From the NCBI GenBank assembly GCA_965235115.1, contig OZ249436.1, positions 43,278,001 to 43,342,000 of the forward strand: a stretch of 64,000 bases of DNA, written 5' to 3'. The position numbers and the translations under genes were made by a program. The notes under the pieces are model-generated. The model saw only the letters and a list, made by a program, of their open reading frames with translations. It was not told the DNA's origin and made no database searches. The DNA is from Laetmonice hystrix. Lineage: Eukaryota. Shown piece after piece: positions 1 through 13,477 of the stretch; positions within the stretch are counted from its first letter, which is position 1, and every line of letters begins with the position of its first letter.

Positions 1-400
1 CTGGACTCTTAGATAAATTACATAATGTAGTGGCTGAGTAATGGCAGAAAAAGGCTGAATGAAAACGATGAAAAAACGCTAAGTAGACTATCTTGCTATC
101 ATTGTGTGCCTATTATATGAAATGATATGTATTATATGATACAATACACTTCCTAAATCATTAACTTCCCCGTCATCTCTGTGTATACTAATGTTATCTG
201 GAGTACACTTGGAGAACATACGTTTTCGTCTCTACATAATTATATCATCAGATACAATTGGTTCCCTTCAATGCTCACTCAATTCTAATTGCTTCTGGTG
301 AAACATACATGTATCCATGCATATCGAGGCTTCTGATTCAACATAACTTAATTCATTCACACATAACCCGATCTAAGTATATTCAATCAAGTATTCAAGT

Positions 401-526
401 ATCTTCTTCTTCTTCTTTTTCTTCTTCTTTTTCTTCTTCTTTTTCTTCTTCTTTTTCTTCTTCTTCTTCTTCTTCTTCTTCTTCTTCTTCTTCTTCTTCT
501 TCTTCTTCTTCTTCTTCTTCTTCTTC
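401..526. repeat. (CTT)n microsatellite
   Basis: Direct inspection. Explains the poly-S and poly-E ORFs. Confidence 0.97.
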
Positions 527-2711
527 CATGGAAGAACTCTGGTTGTGTATCCAAGTATAAAAGTACGACGTTGCCGTGTTCAGACTGTTGTCCGTACTAA
601 GTGACCTTTGTGAGTTAGAACGACTGCCAACCACCCACCCTGCCCTGATTACGTAAGCAGCTCAGCATCTCTGACTCACCTGTCCACAATGAAGCGAAAT
701 TAATGCGAATTTTCCAAGAAAACAGCCCAGTCAATTCCTTGTTTAACAACTGTAGACTCACCTATTTGACGGCAAAGTTTCATATTTGTCTTCAAGTTTC
801 ACCACATAAACACGTTAATTCTCCCTGTCTTTTCTCCTGGAATATCAGCGGTGGTTTACCATCCTACAGAACAATGTTCTCATTTTGACTGGGGAACATT
901 ATTCCTCTATTTTTTTTTACCTCGCATACACCTACATCACGCATACATAAAGCCAGTTATTATTGGCCCGAGGCAATGGAGTGTAAACGACGAGAAATGT
1001 TTTTTTTACACATTTCGGACATAACTTTCTGGTGAGAGGAGAGAAAATAATAAGCTCTCAATGAGTCACATGTTATGGGATAACAAAACTAGACAACAAA
1101 AGTTCCATTGCCTTTGTTAGGTTTGGCAAACCTCATCTTGTTAGTGGTGGAACATTTGAACTGGCGGACCAAAGGTTCGCTTTAGACAAGGCTAAATAGA
1201 CTTCTACATTTCATCAGTTTTGCGGGTTTTATAAGTCTAGAGAAAGTTATGGGTATACAATTTCTTGAAATCATCAATTTGCAAATGGTAACATTTGGAA
1301 AATATCACAACATTGTAAAAGGCAAGTTTCTCCCTGCATCTGGCCATCTGTTTTAAATGACATGATTTCAGTTCTACTTTCACATATTAAGTTGAATGAG
1401 CAAGAAATCTTTCCCTCGTGTCTCATGATTTACTCCAGTCATTAAAACAATTGTATACTGATATGACATTGTGACCTAATTAAGAACAAATTATAATTTT
1501 AAGAATATTTGTTTAAAACGGAGAGTTTCTATCCCTTCCACTACTTCTTGTGGAGCTAATCTCGGGGTGTGAAAAACTCCTGATGGCAAAGTCTCGAGAG
1601 CGATTTATAACTCTCGGGGATTTTTCTAAATGAAAAGTCTACCCCCCCCCCCCCCCCATACACCCCCACCCACCCCAACTCCAGGCCAGAGCAAACACGA
1701 CCAGGCATGTTTGGTGATGGTGGGATCCACAATTTGCGCCGTCAATGACTATAAATAGGAGTAATGTTTGATCCTCGTGTACTCGTATTGTTAAACATGG
1801 GAGTTGGCGGCTACTGCCAATCGAGGCGAGCTGGGTCAGCTGGGGTGGGCTGAGGGGTACGGCCGGGGGGGGGGGGGCTGATTAGATGTGGGATGGATCA
1901 TTTCTAGCATGAACCCCTGTCTGGGGTAGGGCAGGCCGTGAAGGGCTGGGGTTGTTAGCGGACGGCGTAGACTGGTAGTCTATTGTACACAGTAGACTTG
2001 GCCTTCACTTTAACTGACATCCTCGTTCACTGAGACTTCACGGCCGGACTGAACCCTTGGGGAGGGTTTGAAGTTTGACTGCAAACCAAACCTCGAAAAT
2101 ACATAGAATTGACCTTATTATAGGGACATTTCTCTAGGAAAGTTTAGTTTCCCCCAGTCTCGTCCAATTTCTACCCCTTAGTTCTCTCCTGAATGTATTT
2201 TCTACCCCCCCCCCCGGGGTGGGGGTGGGGGTCTCCCCCCCCCCCCCGCACACACAACGACTGTCATCAGAAGTTTGTAAATTTGCACAGAGGACGGCTA
2301 GCTGTGCCTAACCTCTTCAAGAATGTCTGGCATCTGTCGCGAGACACTCGTAGGTACTGCTGCATATAGTAAATATCCATTCCAGAAGTTTCAATGGAAC
2401 TAAAAGGTATAAAAATGTAACCAATTCATAATATGTTACATTTCAGCTCATAAACAATGATACATGTACATGCATACCTGTATGCCATCATACATGTATG
2501 CAATGATACATCTAAGTAATGATACATATATGCCATGAATAAAATTAGGCATGTATACCATGGCACATTATACCATGATACATGCATGACATGATAGATA
2601 CATGTATACCATGATACATGTATACCATGATACATGTATGCAAAGATACATTCCGTTCTAATATCCAGGTGTTTCTGGCATTATATCTGGCATTAAATCA
2701 ATTCATGCCGG

Positions 2712-5700
2712 ATCTGTCAGCCGAGCCCTTCCTCCCTGATGGTCAGCCTGATCCCCTCACAGCGGGAATCTGTGCCCCGAGCTGTCAGCCAAGGCCTCCC
2801 TCCCTGATGGTCAGCCTGATCCCCTCACAGCGGGAATCTGTGCCCCGAGCTGTCAGCCGAGCCCTCCCTCCCTGATGGTCAACCTGATCCCCTCCCGTCA
2901 CAGCAGGAATCTGTGCCCCGAGCTGTCAGCCGAGCCCTCCCTCCCTGATGGTCAGCCTGATCCCCTCACAGCGGGAATCTGTGCCCCGAGCTGTCAGCCG
3001 AGCCCTCCCTCCCTGATGGTCAGCCTGATCCCCTCCCCTCACAGCGGGAATCTGTGCCCCGAGCTGTCAGCCGAGCCCTCCCTCCCTGATGGTCAGCCTG
3101 ATCCCCTCCCCTCACAGCGGGAATCTGTGCCCCGAGCTGTCAGCCGAGCCCTCCCTCCCTGATGGTCAGCCTGATCCCCTCCCCTCACAGCGGGAATCTG
3201 TGCCCCAAGCTGTTAGCCGAGCCCTCCCTCCCTGATGGTCAGCCTGATCCCCTCACAGCAGGAATCTGTGCCCTGAGCTGTCAGCCGAGCCCTCCCTCCC
3301 TGATGGTCAGCCTGATCCCCTCCCCTCACAGCAGGAATCTGTGCCCCGAGCTGTCAGCCGAGCCCTCCCTCCCTGGTGGTCAGCCTGATCCCCTCACAGC
3401 AGGAATCTGTGCCCCAAGCTGTTAGCCGAGCCCTCCCTCCCTGATGGTAAGCCTGATCCCCTCACAGCAGGAATCTGTGCCCCGAGCTGTCAGCCGAGCC
3501 CTCCCTCCCTGATGGTCAGCCTGATCCCCTCCCCTCACAGCAGGAATCTGTGCCCCGAGCTGTCAGCCGAGCCCTCCCTCCCTGATGGTCAGCCTGATCC
3601 CCTCACAGCGGGAATCTGTGCCCCGAGCTGTCAGCCGAGCCCTCCCTCCCGGATGGTCAGCCTGATCCCCTCCCCTCACAGCGGGAATCTGTGCCCCGAG
3701 CTGTCAGCAGAGCCCTCCCTCCCTGATGGTCAGCCTGATCCCCTCCCCTCACAGCGGGAATCTGTGCCCCGATCTGTCAGCCGAGCCCTCCCTCCCTGAC
3801 GGTCAGCCTGATCCCCTCACAGCGGGAATCTGTGCCCCGAGCTGTCAGCAGAGCCCTCCCTCCCTGATGGCCAGCCTGATCCCCTCACAGCGGGAATCTG
3901 TGCCCCGAGCTGTCAGCCGAGCCCTCCCTCCCTGATGGTCAGCCTGATCCCCTCACAGCAGGAATCTGTGCCCCGAGCTGTCAGCAGAGCCCTCCCTCCC
4001 TGATGGCCAGCCTGATCCCCTCACAGCGGGAATCTGTGCCCCGAGCTGTCAGCCGAGCCCTCCCTCCCTGATGGTCAGCCTGATCCCCTCACAGCAGGAA
4101 TCTGTGCCCCGAGCTGTCAGCCGAGCCCTCCCTCCCTGATGGTCAGCCTGATCCCCTCCCCTCACAGCGGGAATCTGTGCCCCGAGCTGTCAGCCGAGCC
4201 CTCCCTCCCTGATGGTCAGCCTGATTCCCTCACAGCAGGAATCTGTGCCCCGAGCTGTCAGCCGAGCCCTCCCTCCCTGACGGTCAGCCTGATCCCCTCC
4301 CCTCACAGCAGGAATCTGTGCCCCGAGCTGTCAGCTGAGCCCTCCCTCCCTGATGGTCAGCCTGATCCCCTCACAGCGGGAATCTGTGCCCCGAGCTGTC
4401 AGCCGAGCCCTCCCTCCCTGATGGTCAACCTGATCCCCTCACAGCAGGAATCTGTGCCCCGAGCTGTCAGCCGAGCCCTCCCTCCCTGATGGTCAGCCTG
4501 ATCTCCTCACAGCGGGAATCTGTGCCCCGAGCTGTCAGCCGAGCCCTCCCTCCCTGATGGTCAGCCTGATCCCCTCACAGCAGGAATCTGTGCCCCAAGC
4601 TGTCAGCCGAGACCTCCCTCCCTGATGGTCAGCCTGATCCCCTCCCCTCACAGCGGGAATCTGTGCCCCGAGCTGTCAGCCGAGCCCTCCCTCCCTGATG
4701 GTCAGCCTGATCCCCTCACAGCAGGAATCTGTGCCCCGAGCTGTCAGCCGAGCCCTCCCTCCCTGATGGTCAGCCTGATCCCCTCCCCTCACAGCAGGAA
4801 TCTGTGCCCCGAGCTGTCAGCCGAGCCCTCCCTCCCTGATGGTCAGCCTGATCCCCTCACAGCAGGAATCTGTGCCCCGAGCTGTCAGCCGAGCCCTCCC
4901 TCCCTGACGGTCAGCCTGATCCCCTTACAGCGGGAATCTGTGCCCCGAGCTGTCAGCTGAGCCCTCCCTCCCTGATGGTCAGCCTGATCCCCTCACAGCA
5001 GGAATCTGTGCCCCGAGCTGTCAGCCGAGCCCTCCCTCCCTGATGGTCAGCCTGATCCCCTCCCCTCACAGCAGGAATCTGTGCCCCGAGCTGTCAGCCG
5101 AGCCCTCCCTCCCTGACGGTCAGCCTGATCCCCTCCCCTCACAGCGGGAATCTGTGCCCCGAGCTGTCAGCAGAGCCCTCCCTCCCTGGCGGTCAGCCTG
5201 ATCCCCACACAGCGGGAATCTGTGCCCCGAGCTGTCAGCCGAGCCCTCCCTCCCTGATGGCCAGCCTGATCCCCTCACAGCAGGAATCTGTGCCCCGAGC
5301 TGTCAGCCGAGCCCTCCCTCCCTGATGGTCAGCCTGATCCCCTCCCCTCACAGCAGGAATCTGTGCCCCGAGCTGTCAGCCGAGCCCTCCCACCCTGATG
5401 GTCAGCCTGATCCCCTCACAGCGGGAATCTGTGCCCCGAGCTGTCAGCCGAGCCCTCCCTCCCTGATGGTCAGCCTGATCCCCTCACAGCGGGAATCTGT
5501 GCCCCGAGCTGTCAGCCGAGCCCTCCCTCCCTGATGGTCAACCTGATCCCCTAACAGCGGGAATCTGTGCCCCGAGCTGTCAGCCGAGCCCTCCCTCCCT
5601 GATGGTCAGCCTGATCCCCTCACAGCGGGAATCTGTGCCCCGAGCTGTCAGCCGAACCCTCCCTCCCTGATGGTCAGCCTGATCCCCTCACAGCAGGAAT

Positions 5701-8700
5701 CTGTGCCCCGAGCTGTCAGCCGAGCCCTCCCTCCCTGATGGTTAGCCTGATCCCCTCACAGCGGGAATCTGTGCCCCGAGCTGTCAGCCGAGCCCTCCCT
5801 CCCTGATGGTCAGCCTGATCCCCTCACAGAGGGAATCTGTGCCCTGAGCTGTCAGCCGAGCCCTCGCTCCCTGATGGTCAGCCTGATCCCCTCACAGTGG
5901 GAATCTGTGCCCCGAGCTGTCAGCCGAGCCCTCCCTCCCTGATGGTCAGCCTGATCCCCTCACAGCGGGAATCTGTGCCCCGAGCTGTCAGCCGAGCCCT
6001 CCCTCCCTGATGGTCAGCCTGATCCCCTCACAGCAGGAATCTGTGCCCCGAGCTGTCAGCCGAGCCCTCCCTCCCTGACGGTCAGCCTGATCCCCTCACA
6101 GCGGGAATCTGTGCCCCGAGCTGTCAGCCGAGCCCTCCCTCCCTGATGGTCAGCCTGATCCCCTCACAGCGGGAATCTGTGCCCCGAGCTGTCAGCCGAG
6201 CCCTCCCTCCCTGATGGTCAGCCTGATCCCCTCACAGCAGGAATCTGTGCCCCGAGCTGTCAGCCGAGCCCTCCCTCCCTGATGGTCAGCCTGATCCCCT
6301 CCCGTCACAGCAGGAATCTGTGCCCCGAGCTGTCAGCCGAGCCCTCCCTCCCTGATGGTCAGCCTGATCCCCTCCCGTCACAGCAGGAATCTGTGCCCCG
6401 AGCTGTCAGCCGAGCCCTCCCTCCCTGATGGTCAGCCTGATCCCCTCCCCTCACAGCGGGAATCTGTGCCCCGAGCTGTCAGCCGAGCCCTCCCTCCCTG
6501 ACGGTCAGCCTGATCCCCTCACAGCAGGAATCTGTGCCCCGAGCTGTCAGCCGAGCCCTCCCTCCCTAACGGTCAGCCTGATCCCCTCACAGCGGGAATC
6601 TGTGCCCCAAGCTGTCAGCCGAGCCCTCCCTCCCTGATGGTCAGCCTGATCCCCTCACAGCGGGAATCTGTGCCCCGAGCTGTCAGCCGAGCCCTCCCTC
6701 CCTGATGGTCAGCCTGATCCCCTCACAGCAGGAATCTGTGCCCCGAGCTGTCAGCCGAGCCCTCCCTCCCTGATGGTCAGCCTGATCCCCTCACAGCGGG
6801 AATCTGTGCCCCGAGCTGTCAGCCGAGCCCTCCCTCCCTGGTGGTCAGCCTGATCCCCTCACAGCGGGAATCTGTGCCCCGAGCTGTCAGCCGAGCCCTC
6901 CCTCCCTGATGGTCAGCCTGATCCCCTCACAGCAGGAATCTGTGCCCCGAGCTGTCAGCCGAGCCCTCCCTCCCTGATGGTCAGCCTGATCCCCTCCCCT
7001 CACAGCGGGAATCTGTGCCCCGAGCTGTCAGCCGAGCCCTCCCTCCCTCATGGTCAGCCTGATCCCCTCCCCTCACAGCAGGAATCTGTGCCCCAAGCTG
7101 TTAGCCGAGCCCTCCCTCCCTGATGGTAAGCCTGATCCCCTCACAGCAGGAATCTGTGCCCCGAGCTGTCAGCCGAGCCCTCCCTCCCTGATGGTCAGCC
7201 TGATCCCCTCCCCTCACAGCAGGAATCTGTGCCCCGAGCTGTCAGCCGAGCCCTCCCTCCCTGACGGTCAGCCTGATCCCCTCACAGCGGGAATCTGTGC
7301 CCCGAGCTGTCAGCTGAGCCCTCCCTCCCTGATGGTCAGCCTGATCCCCTCACAGCAGGAATCTGTGCCCCGAGCTGTCAGCCGAGCCCTCCCTCCCTGA
7401 TGGTCAGCCTGATCCCCTCCCCTCACAGCAGGAATCTGTGCCCCGAGCTGTCAGCCGAGCCCTCCCTCCCTGACGGTCAGCCTGATCCCCTCCCCTCACA
7501 GCGGGAATCTGTGCCCCGAGCTGTCAGCAGAGCCCTCCCTCCCTGGCGGTCAGCCTGATCCCCACACAGCGGGAATCTGTGCCCCGAGCTGTCAGCCGAG
7601 CCCTCCCTCCCTGATGGCCAGCCTGATCCCCTCACAGCAGGAATCTGTGCCCCGAGCTGTCAGCCGAGCCCTCCCTCCCTGATGGTCAGCCTGATCCCCT
7701 CCCCTCACAGCAGGAATCTGTGCCCCGAGCTGTCAGCCGAGCCCTCCCTCCCTGATGGTCAGCCTGATCCCCTCACAGCGGGAATCTGTGCCCCGAGCTG
7801 TCAGCCGAGCCCTCCCTCCCTGATGGTCAGCCTGATCCCCTCACAGCGGGAATCTGTGCCCCGAGCTGTCAGCCGAGCCCTCCCTCCCTGATGGTCAACC
7901 TGATCCCCTAACAGCGGGAATCTGTGCCCCGAGCTGTCAGCCGAGCCCTCCCTCCCTGATGGTCAGCCTGATCCCCTCACAGCGGGAATCTGTGCCCCGA
8001 GCTGTCAGCCGAACCCTCCCTCCCTGATGGTCAGCCTGATCCCCTCACAGCAGGAATCTGTGCCCCGAGCTGTCAGCCGAGCCCTCCCTCCCTGATGGTT
8101 AGCCTGATCCCCTCACAGCGGGAATCTGTGCCCCGAGCTGTCAGCCGAGCCCTCCCTCCCTGATGGTCAGCCTGATCCCCTTACAGAGGGAATCTGTGCC
8201 CTGAGCTGTCAGCCGAGCCCTCGCTCCCTGATGGTCAGCCTGATCCCCTCACAGTGGGAATCTGTGCCCCGAGCTGTCAGCCGAGCCCTCCCTCCCTGAT
8301 GGTCAGCCTGATCCCCTCACAGCGGGAATCTGTGCCCCGAGCTGTCAGCCGAGCCCTCCCTCCCTGATGGTCAGCCTGATCCCCTCACAGCAGGAATCTG
8401 TGCCCCGAGCTGTCAGCCGAGCCCTCCCTCCCTGACGGTCAGCCTGATCCCCTCACAGCGGGAATCTGTGCCCCGAGCTCTCAGCCGAGCCCTCCCTCCC
8501 TGATGGTCAGCCTGATCCCCTCACAGCGGGAATCTGTGCCCCGAGCTGTCAGCCGAGCCCTCCCTCCCTGATGGTCAGCCTGATCCCCTCACAGCAGGAA
8601 TCTGTGCCCCGAGCTGTCAGCCGAGCCCTCCCTCCCTGATGGTCAGCCTGATCCCCTCCCGTCACAGCAGGAATCTGTGCCCCGAGCTGTCAGCCGAGCC

Positions 8701-9908
8701 CTCCCTCCCTGATGGTCAGCCTGATCCCCTCCCGTCACAGCAGGAATCTGTGCCCCGAGCTGTCAGCCGAGCCCTCCCTCCCTGATGGTCAGCCTGATCC
8801 CCTCCCCTCACAGCGGGAATCTGTGCCCCGAGCTGTCAGCCGAGCCCTCCCTCCCTGACGGTCAGCCTGATCCCCTCACAGCAGGAATCTGTGCCCCGAG
8901 CTGTCAGCCGAGCCCTCCCTCCCTGACGGTCAGCCTGATCCCCTCACAGCGGGAATCTGTGCCCCAAGCTGTCAGCCGAGCCCTCCCTCCCTGATGGTCA
9001 GCCTGATCCCCTCACAGCGGGAATCTGTGCCCCGAGCTGTCAGCCAAACCCTCCCTCCCTGATGGTCAGCCTGATCCCCTCACAGCAGGAATCTGTGCCC
9101 CGAGCTGTCAGCCGAGCCCTCCCTCCCTGATGGTCAGCCTGATCCCCTCACAGCGGGAATCTGTGCCCCGAGCTGTCAGCCGAGCCCTCCCTCCCTGGTG
9201 GTCAGCCTGATCCCCTCACAGCGGGAATCTGTGCCCCGAGCTGTCAGCCGAGCCCTCCCTCCCTGATGGTCAGCCTGATCCCCTCACAGCAGGAATCTGT
9301 GCCCCGAGCTGTCAGCCGAGCCCTCCCTCCCTGATGGTCAGCCTGATCCCCTCCCCTCACAGCGGGAATCTGTGCCCCGAGCTGTCAGCCGAGCCCTCCC
9401 TCCCTCATGGTCAGCCTGATCCCCTCCCCTCACAGCGGGAATCTGTGCCTCGAGCTGTCAGCCGAGCCCTCCCTCCCTGATGGTCAGCCTGATCCCCTCA
9501 CAGCGGGAATCTGTGCCCCGAGCTCTCAGCTGAGCCCTCCCTCCCTGATGGTCAGCCTGATCCCCTCACAGCGGGAATCTGTGCCCCGAGCTGTCAGCCG
9601 AGCCCTCCCTCCCTGATGGTCAGCCTGATCTCCTCACAGCGGGAATCTGTGCCCCGAGCTGTCAACCGAGCCCTCCCTCCCTGATGGTCAGCCTGATCTC
9701 CTCACAGCGGGAATCTGTGCCCCGAGCTGTCAGCCGAGCCCTCCCTCCCTGATGGTCAGCCTGATCTCCTCACAGCGGGAATCTGTGCCCCGAGCTGTCA
9801 GCCGAGCCCTCCCTCCCTGATGGTCAGCCTGATCCCCTCCCGTCACAGCAGGAATCTGTGCCCCGAGCTGTCAGCCGAGCCCTCCCTCCCTGATGGTCAG
9901 CCTGATCC
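2712..9908. repeat. 68/73-bp tandem satellite, about 100 copies
   Basis: Unit gagctgtcagccgagccctccctccctgatggtcagcctgatcccctcacagcgggaatctgtgcccc, with a +5-bp (ccctc) variant. Confidence 0.98.
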
Positions 9909-12324
9909 ACTGGTGGTTCATATTAAAGGAAACAAACTTTTCTTCTTTCACACCATACGTCAGCTCTTTAAAGACACTATAGCTTATATTCAAATTTCTC
10001 TCATTTTCTCTCCTTTTGCTTCGTGACACTCAAATCACTTCCAAATGATATATTATTCATTATGAGTCGGTGTGTGTAACTTCTGCTCCGGACAACTTCT
10101 GTTCTCTGCTCCCTACAACCATCATTATTCTGTTTTCTCTGCCCATCCTTCCCGTATATCTGGCGTGCGTGTAGTATAATAACTCACGTGTCGACTATCT
10201 ACAGGATGTGACACACTTAACCGGCCTACCCTTACACCAGTGTTTGACTATATACGAGCACAGTACCTTGTCAACATAGCATGACAAACTGGATGGCTAA
10301 GAATTAGACAAACCCCCACAAACCTTTACCACAACATTACTCGGCCTTCACCCTCTGCACGCACATGGTGTACGTATAGGTCTCTATGCAGCCTGTTAGG
10401 AGAATATGCCCTGGATTTATGACCCCTAGGCTATTAATTAAAATGATTAAAATGAATAGTACAAAAATTAAACTTGAAACTTGTCTGACAGAGGTTGACG
10501 TTATAGGCCTACATATAGCTACCCTATTTCAAGTAAACCATATGCTAATAAGACCATTATAGTCCATTGTTTGGGTGGATTGTTTTATTGTGTTTCTGTC
10601 CTTTTCTTGCCCACGGGTGCAGGCTTGCCTCCAGCGAGCACGTGGCTGATGGCCGGGGCAGCCCGACTGCTGTTCTCGGCCCTGGCCTGGCGGGCCTGGC
10701 GGGGCGGTGGGCGGCGGCCTCCTGTCCACCAGCCCGACTGACGCTCCCGGCCCTGGCGGGGCTGGCTGGCCTGGCTGGCCTGGCGGGGCGGTGGGCGGCG
10801 GTCTCCCGTCCACCAGCCCGACACACGGGCCCGACCCCGTCGGTCCCGGCGGTACGACAGGCCGCCGGTGTCGTGTGAGCCCGGCCACCAGGAGGTAATG
10901 GAGCATATAACGCCAGACACAGATACGTGGGCCACATAACCGCAATCGGGTTATCAATATAAAGTATGAAAAGTAGGCCTTTAAATGAGTATCTGTATGG
11001 GAGAATCCGTGGTGGCGGTCATGATAACATTACCATTGAACAGTTGTGGTCGCCCCCTGACTGTTTAAACTTTGTCATGGGTGGCTGCAGTGATGTTGGG
11101 TGATCGGTATGGTTCACAGTAGAATGAGGTATCTCTTTATTATTAAACTGTTCAGTGACAATCTTGTGATAGGTGAGCCATCACCCATCCCGCCTCCTGT
11201 TAATGTTATAGGCCTACCGAGAGTCTGAGATACGCGGGCCTCCTGGTCGTCCGGAACCAAGCCCACATCCTAGGCCAGGCCTACTTTCCTGCGATTTCCG
11301 ATTTAAAAAAAAAATTATTTAGCATCTTTTCATTTGGCCCCCATTAATTTTGCATTTGAAGTATAGGCCTATTAATATGCCTATGGACTAGGATAGGCCC
11401 TATGGATAGCTTCAATGATGTGCGATTCTTGCCAGAAACACTCTTCAGATCTAACTTGAGGTATTGATTCTAAGCCCATCTCTAGAGATAGGCCTACCTA
11501 TAAACTATAGTAGGCTACCTAAGACTAAGTCTAAAGTCAAGGTTTGTCCACTTCTGTCAGTTCTATGCCTAACATATTCTCTAGGCCCTAGAAGAATCTA
11601 TAGGGCAATTGGAGCCAGTCCCCCATACTGGAGGGACCCACTCCCACAGCTGGGGCGTCTTGTTGCCCCCTCCTACTCGAGGCAGAATTAGGCCCAGCTA
11701 GGCATAGATCTAGGCCTAGACTATAGGCTATAGAAATCTACATTCGGACGCCTATTTTATAAACTATTTAAAAAATTAATGACAGTCTCAGATTTCCAAC
11801 TCCAAGTGCCGAGACCTTAGCTGTTCTGTCCTGTGTTCATCAGGGCCGAGCCTCGCCAAGATCAAAGTCCTATCTCCCGGTAACGTACCTAATTAAAACC
11901 TATACCTTCCTAGGCCTGGGCTAATTAACTTACCGTTGACTTATATGTTTTCCATCCATCTTGATCTTGCATGTATTTCCTAATCTTGTCCACAATTTGA
12001 TTGGCTTTACCTAGCCAGGACATGATGTAGTGTTGTTCCGGCCGGCCGTACCTTCCCACCCGGCGAGCGCCTGCGAACTGCTCCACCTGCTTCAGTCAGC
12101 GCGCGGTTTACGGCCAGCGTCGTCTGCTGCACCACTCACGTGGTCCGCCGGGAGAAGGTCTGTCCGCGGACATACACCATGAGGTCGTCTTACATTCAGC
12201 ACTCGGCCCACGTCCTCGGTCAACGAGTGGGACACTGACCGTGCTGCCATCTGGTGGAAACAGATGTGACTGCAATTAAATTTATATATTTTAATATGTT
12301 GATGTCATATCTTTAATGTATTCC

Positions 12325-13395
12325 GTTTACTCGTCTAGAATAAGTTAATTCCAAAACTGAAGTACAAGTATCGTCAGCCTCTATAGATGTGGGCAGGGCA
12401 GTTCCATCATGGCCGTAGAGTCAGGCAGGCACTATCCTCTATGGAGCGCAACAATCCGACCCTTTCTTCCTCCGTCCACCCCCCCCCCCCCCCCCCCACC
12501 CCTACCTCCTTCTCTTCTTTTCTGTTGTTACATGATTCTACTATTAATAAGGTTATAATTACTTATTATATCTCGGTCTATCATTCGTACAAATGGCCTC
12601 CCGTCAGTTCATTAATTGCCAGGTGGGTAGAGAGAGGGTATTCTGTAAGCAGCTTCGATCTACCTAGCCTAATCATTCCAGGCACATAGGGGCCTATCGG
12701 GCGGTTACATGTTAATTACTTCATTCAGACAACGTATATCTAATTGTGGCATTTCTTGCCCTGAGGTAAATGCTGGTGTTTCATTTTGGTCTACGAAACC
12801 TTATTGCCGTGGGTGTTATCCCTCCCTTTAAAGATTAGCATCTACCTTGCCGGGTGTGTCAGCTCTTTGCCGCTAGGTGGCAACTCCACGATAGAGGGCG
12901 CCTTGAGAGGTCATGTATGCTGATCTCATATCTGTTTATTCGTCTAGAAAAAGTTAATTCCAAATCTAAAGTACGGCGGAAGATGTGCTCTCTCCAACCA
13001 ATAGGCCTATAGATGCACTGCTAAGTTATTAGATACAAGTAGGCTATATCGTCAGCCTAGATGCGGGCAGTTCTAGATCATTCATCATGGTCGTAGATTA
13101 GCAGGGGGCGCCCTATAGAGTCCGGCAGGCACATGGAGAGCAACAATCCACCCTTTCTTCCTTCGTCCATCTACTTTTCTCTCTCAATTTCTGTTGTTAC
13201 GTGATTTTACCAGTAAGCTCCTTATTATGTCTCTGTCTATCCTTCGTAGGCCTACAAATGGCCTCAAGTCAGATCCATTGCCAGACCTGTGCCAGCTGTG
13301 TCCCGCTAGATGGCAACTCCACGATAGAGGGCGCCTTGAGAGGTCGTATTATATTGACCTCATATCTTTGTATTTCTGCGTTATTCGTCTATAAG
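12325..13395. repeat. Diverged local tandem duplication (about 12330-12920 versus 12935-13390)
   Basis: Shared blocks tcgtctagaa..aagttaattcc, atcgtcagcct, caacaatcc..ccctttcttcc and ggcaactccacgatagagggcgccttgagaggtc occur twice in the same order. Confidence 0.8.
12697..12832. repeat. Dispersed repeat; inverted copy at 44880-45009
   Basis: gcggttaca..ttaattacttcattcagacaacg..aattgtggcattt..ttgccctgaggtaaatgctggtgtttcattt..ggtctacgaaaccttatt matches the reverse complement of 44880-45009. Confidence 0.85.
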
Positions 13396-13477
13396 TAGAA
13401 GAAATGATCTCCTATATTAACTTTTAATCGCCATTGGCGAATTGGCAAGCAGTCAGGGCGGCCCCCTGTTAGGCCTA

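Noticed and set aside
258..634. Poly-Ser and poly-Glu ORFs
   Set aside because: (CTT)n microsatellite.
2618..10026. Many MVSLIPSPHS.. ORFs
   Set aside because: Translations of a 68/73-bp satellite; frames shift every unit and no domain is recognisable.
10529..10957. Overlapping GC-rich ORFs with collagen-like PPG triplets
   Set aside because: A short GC-rich local duplication open in five frames, with no sustained Gly-X-Y pattern or supported splice sites.
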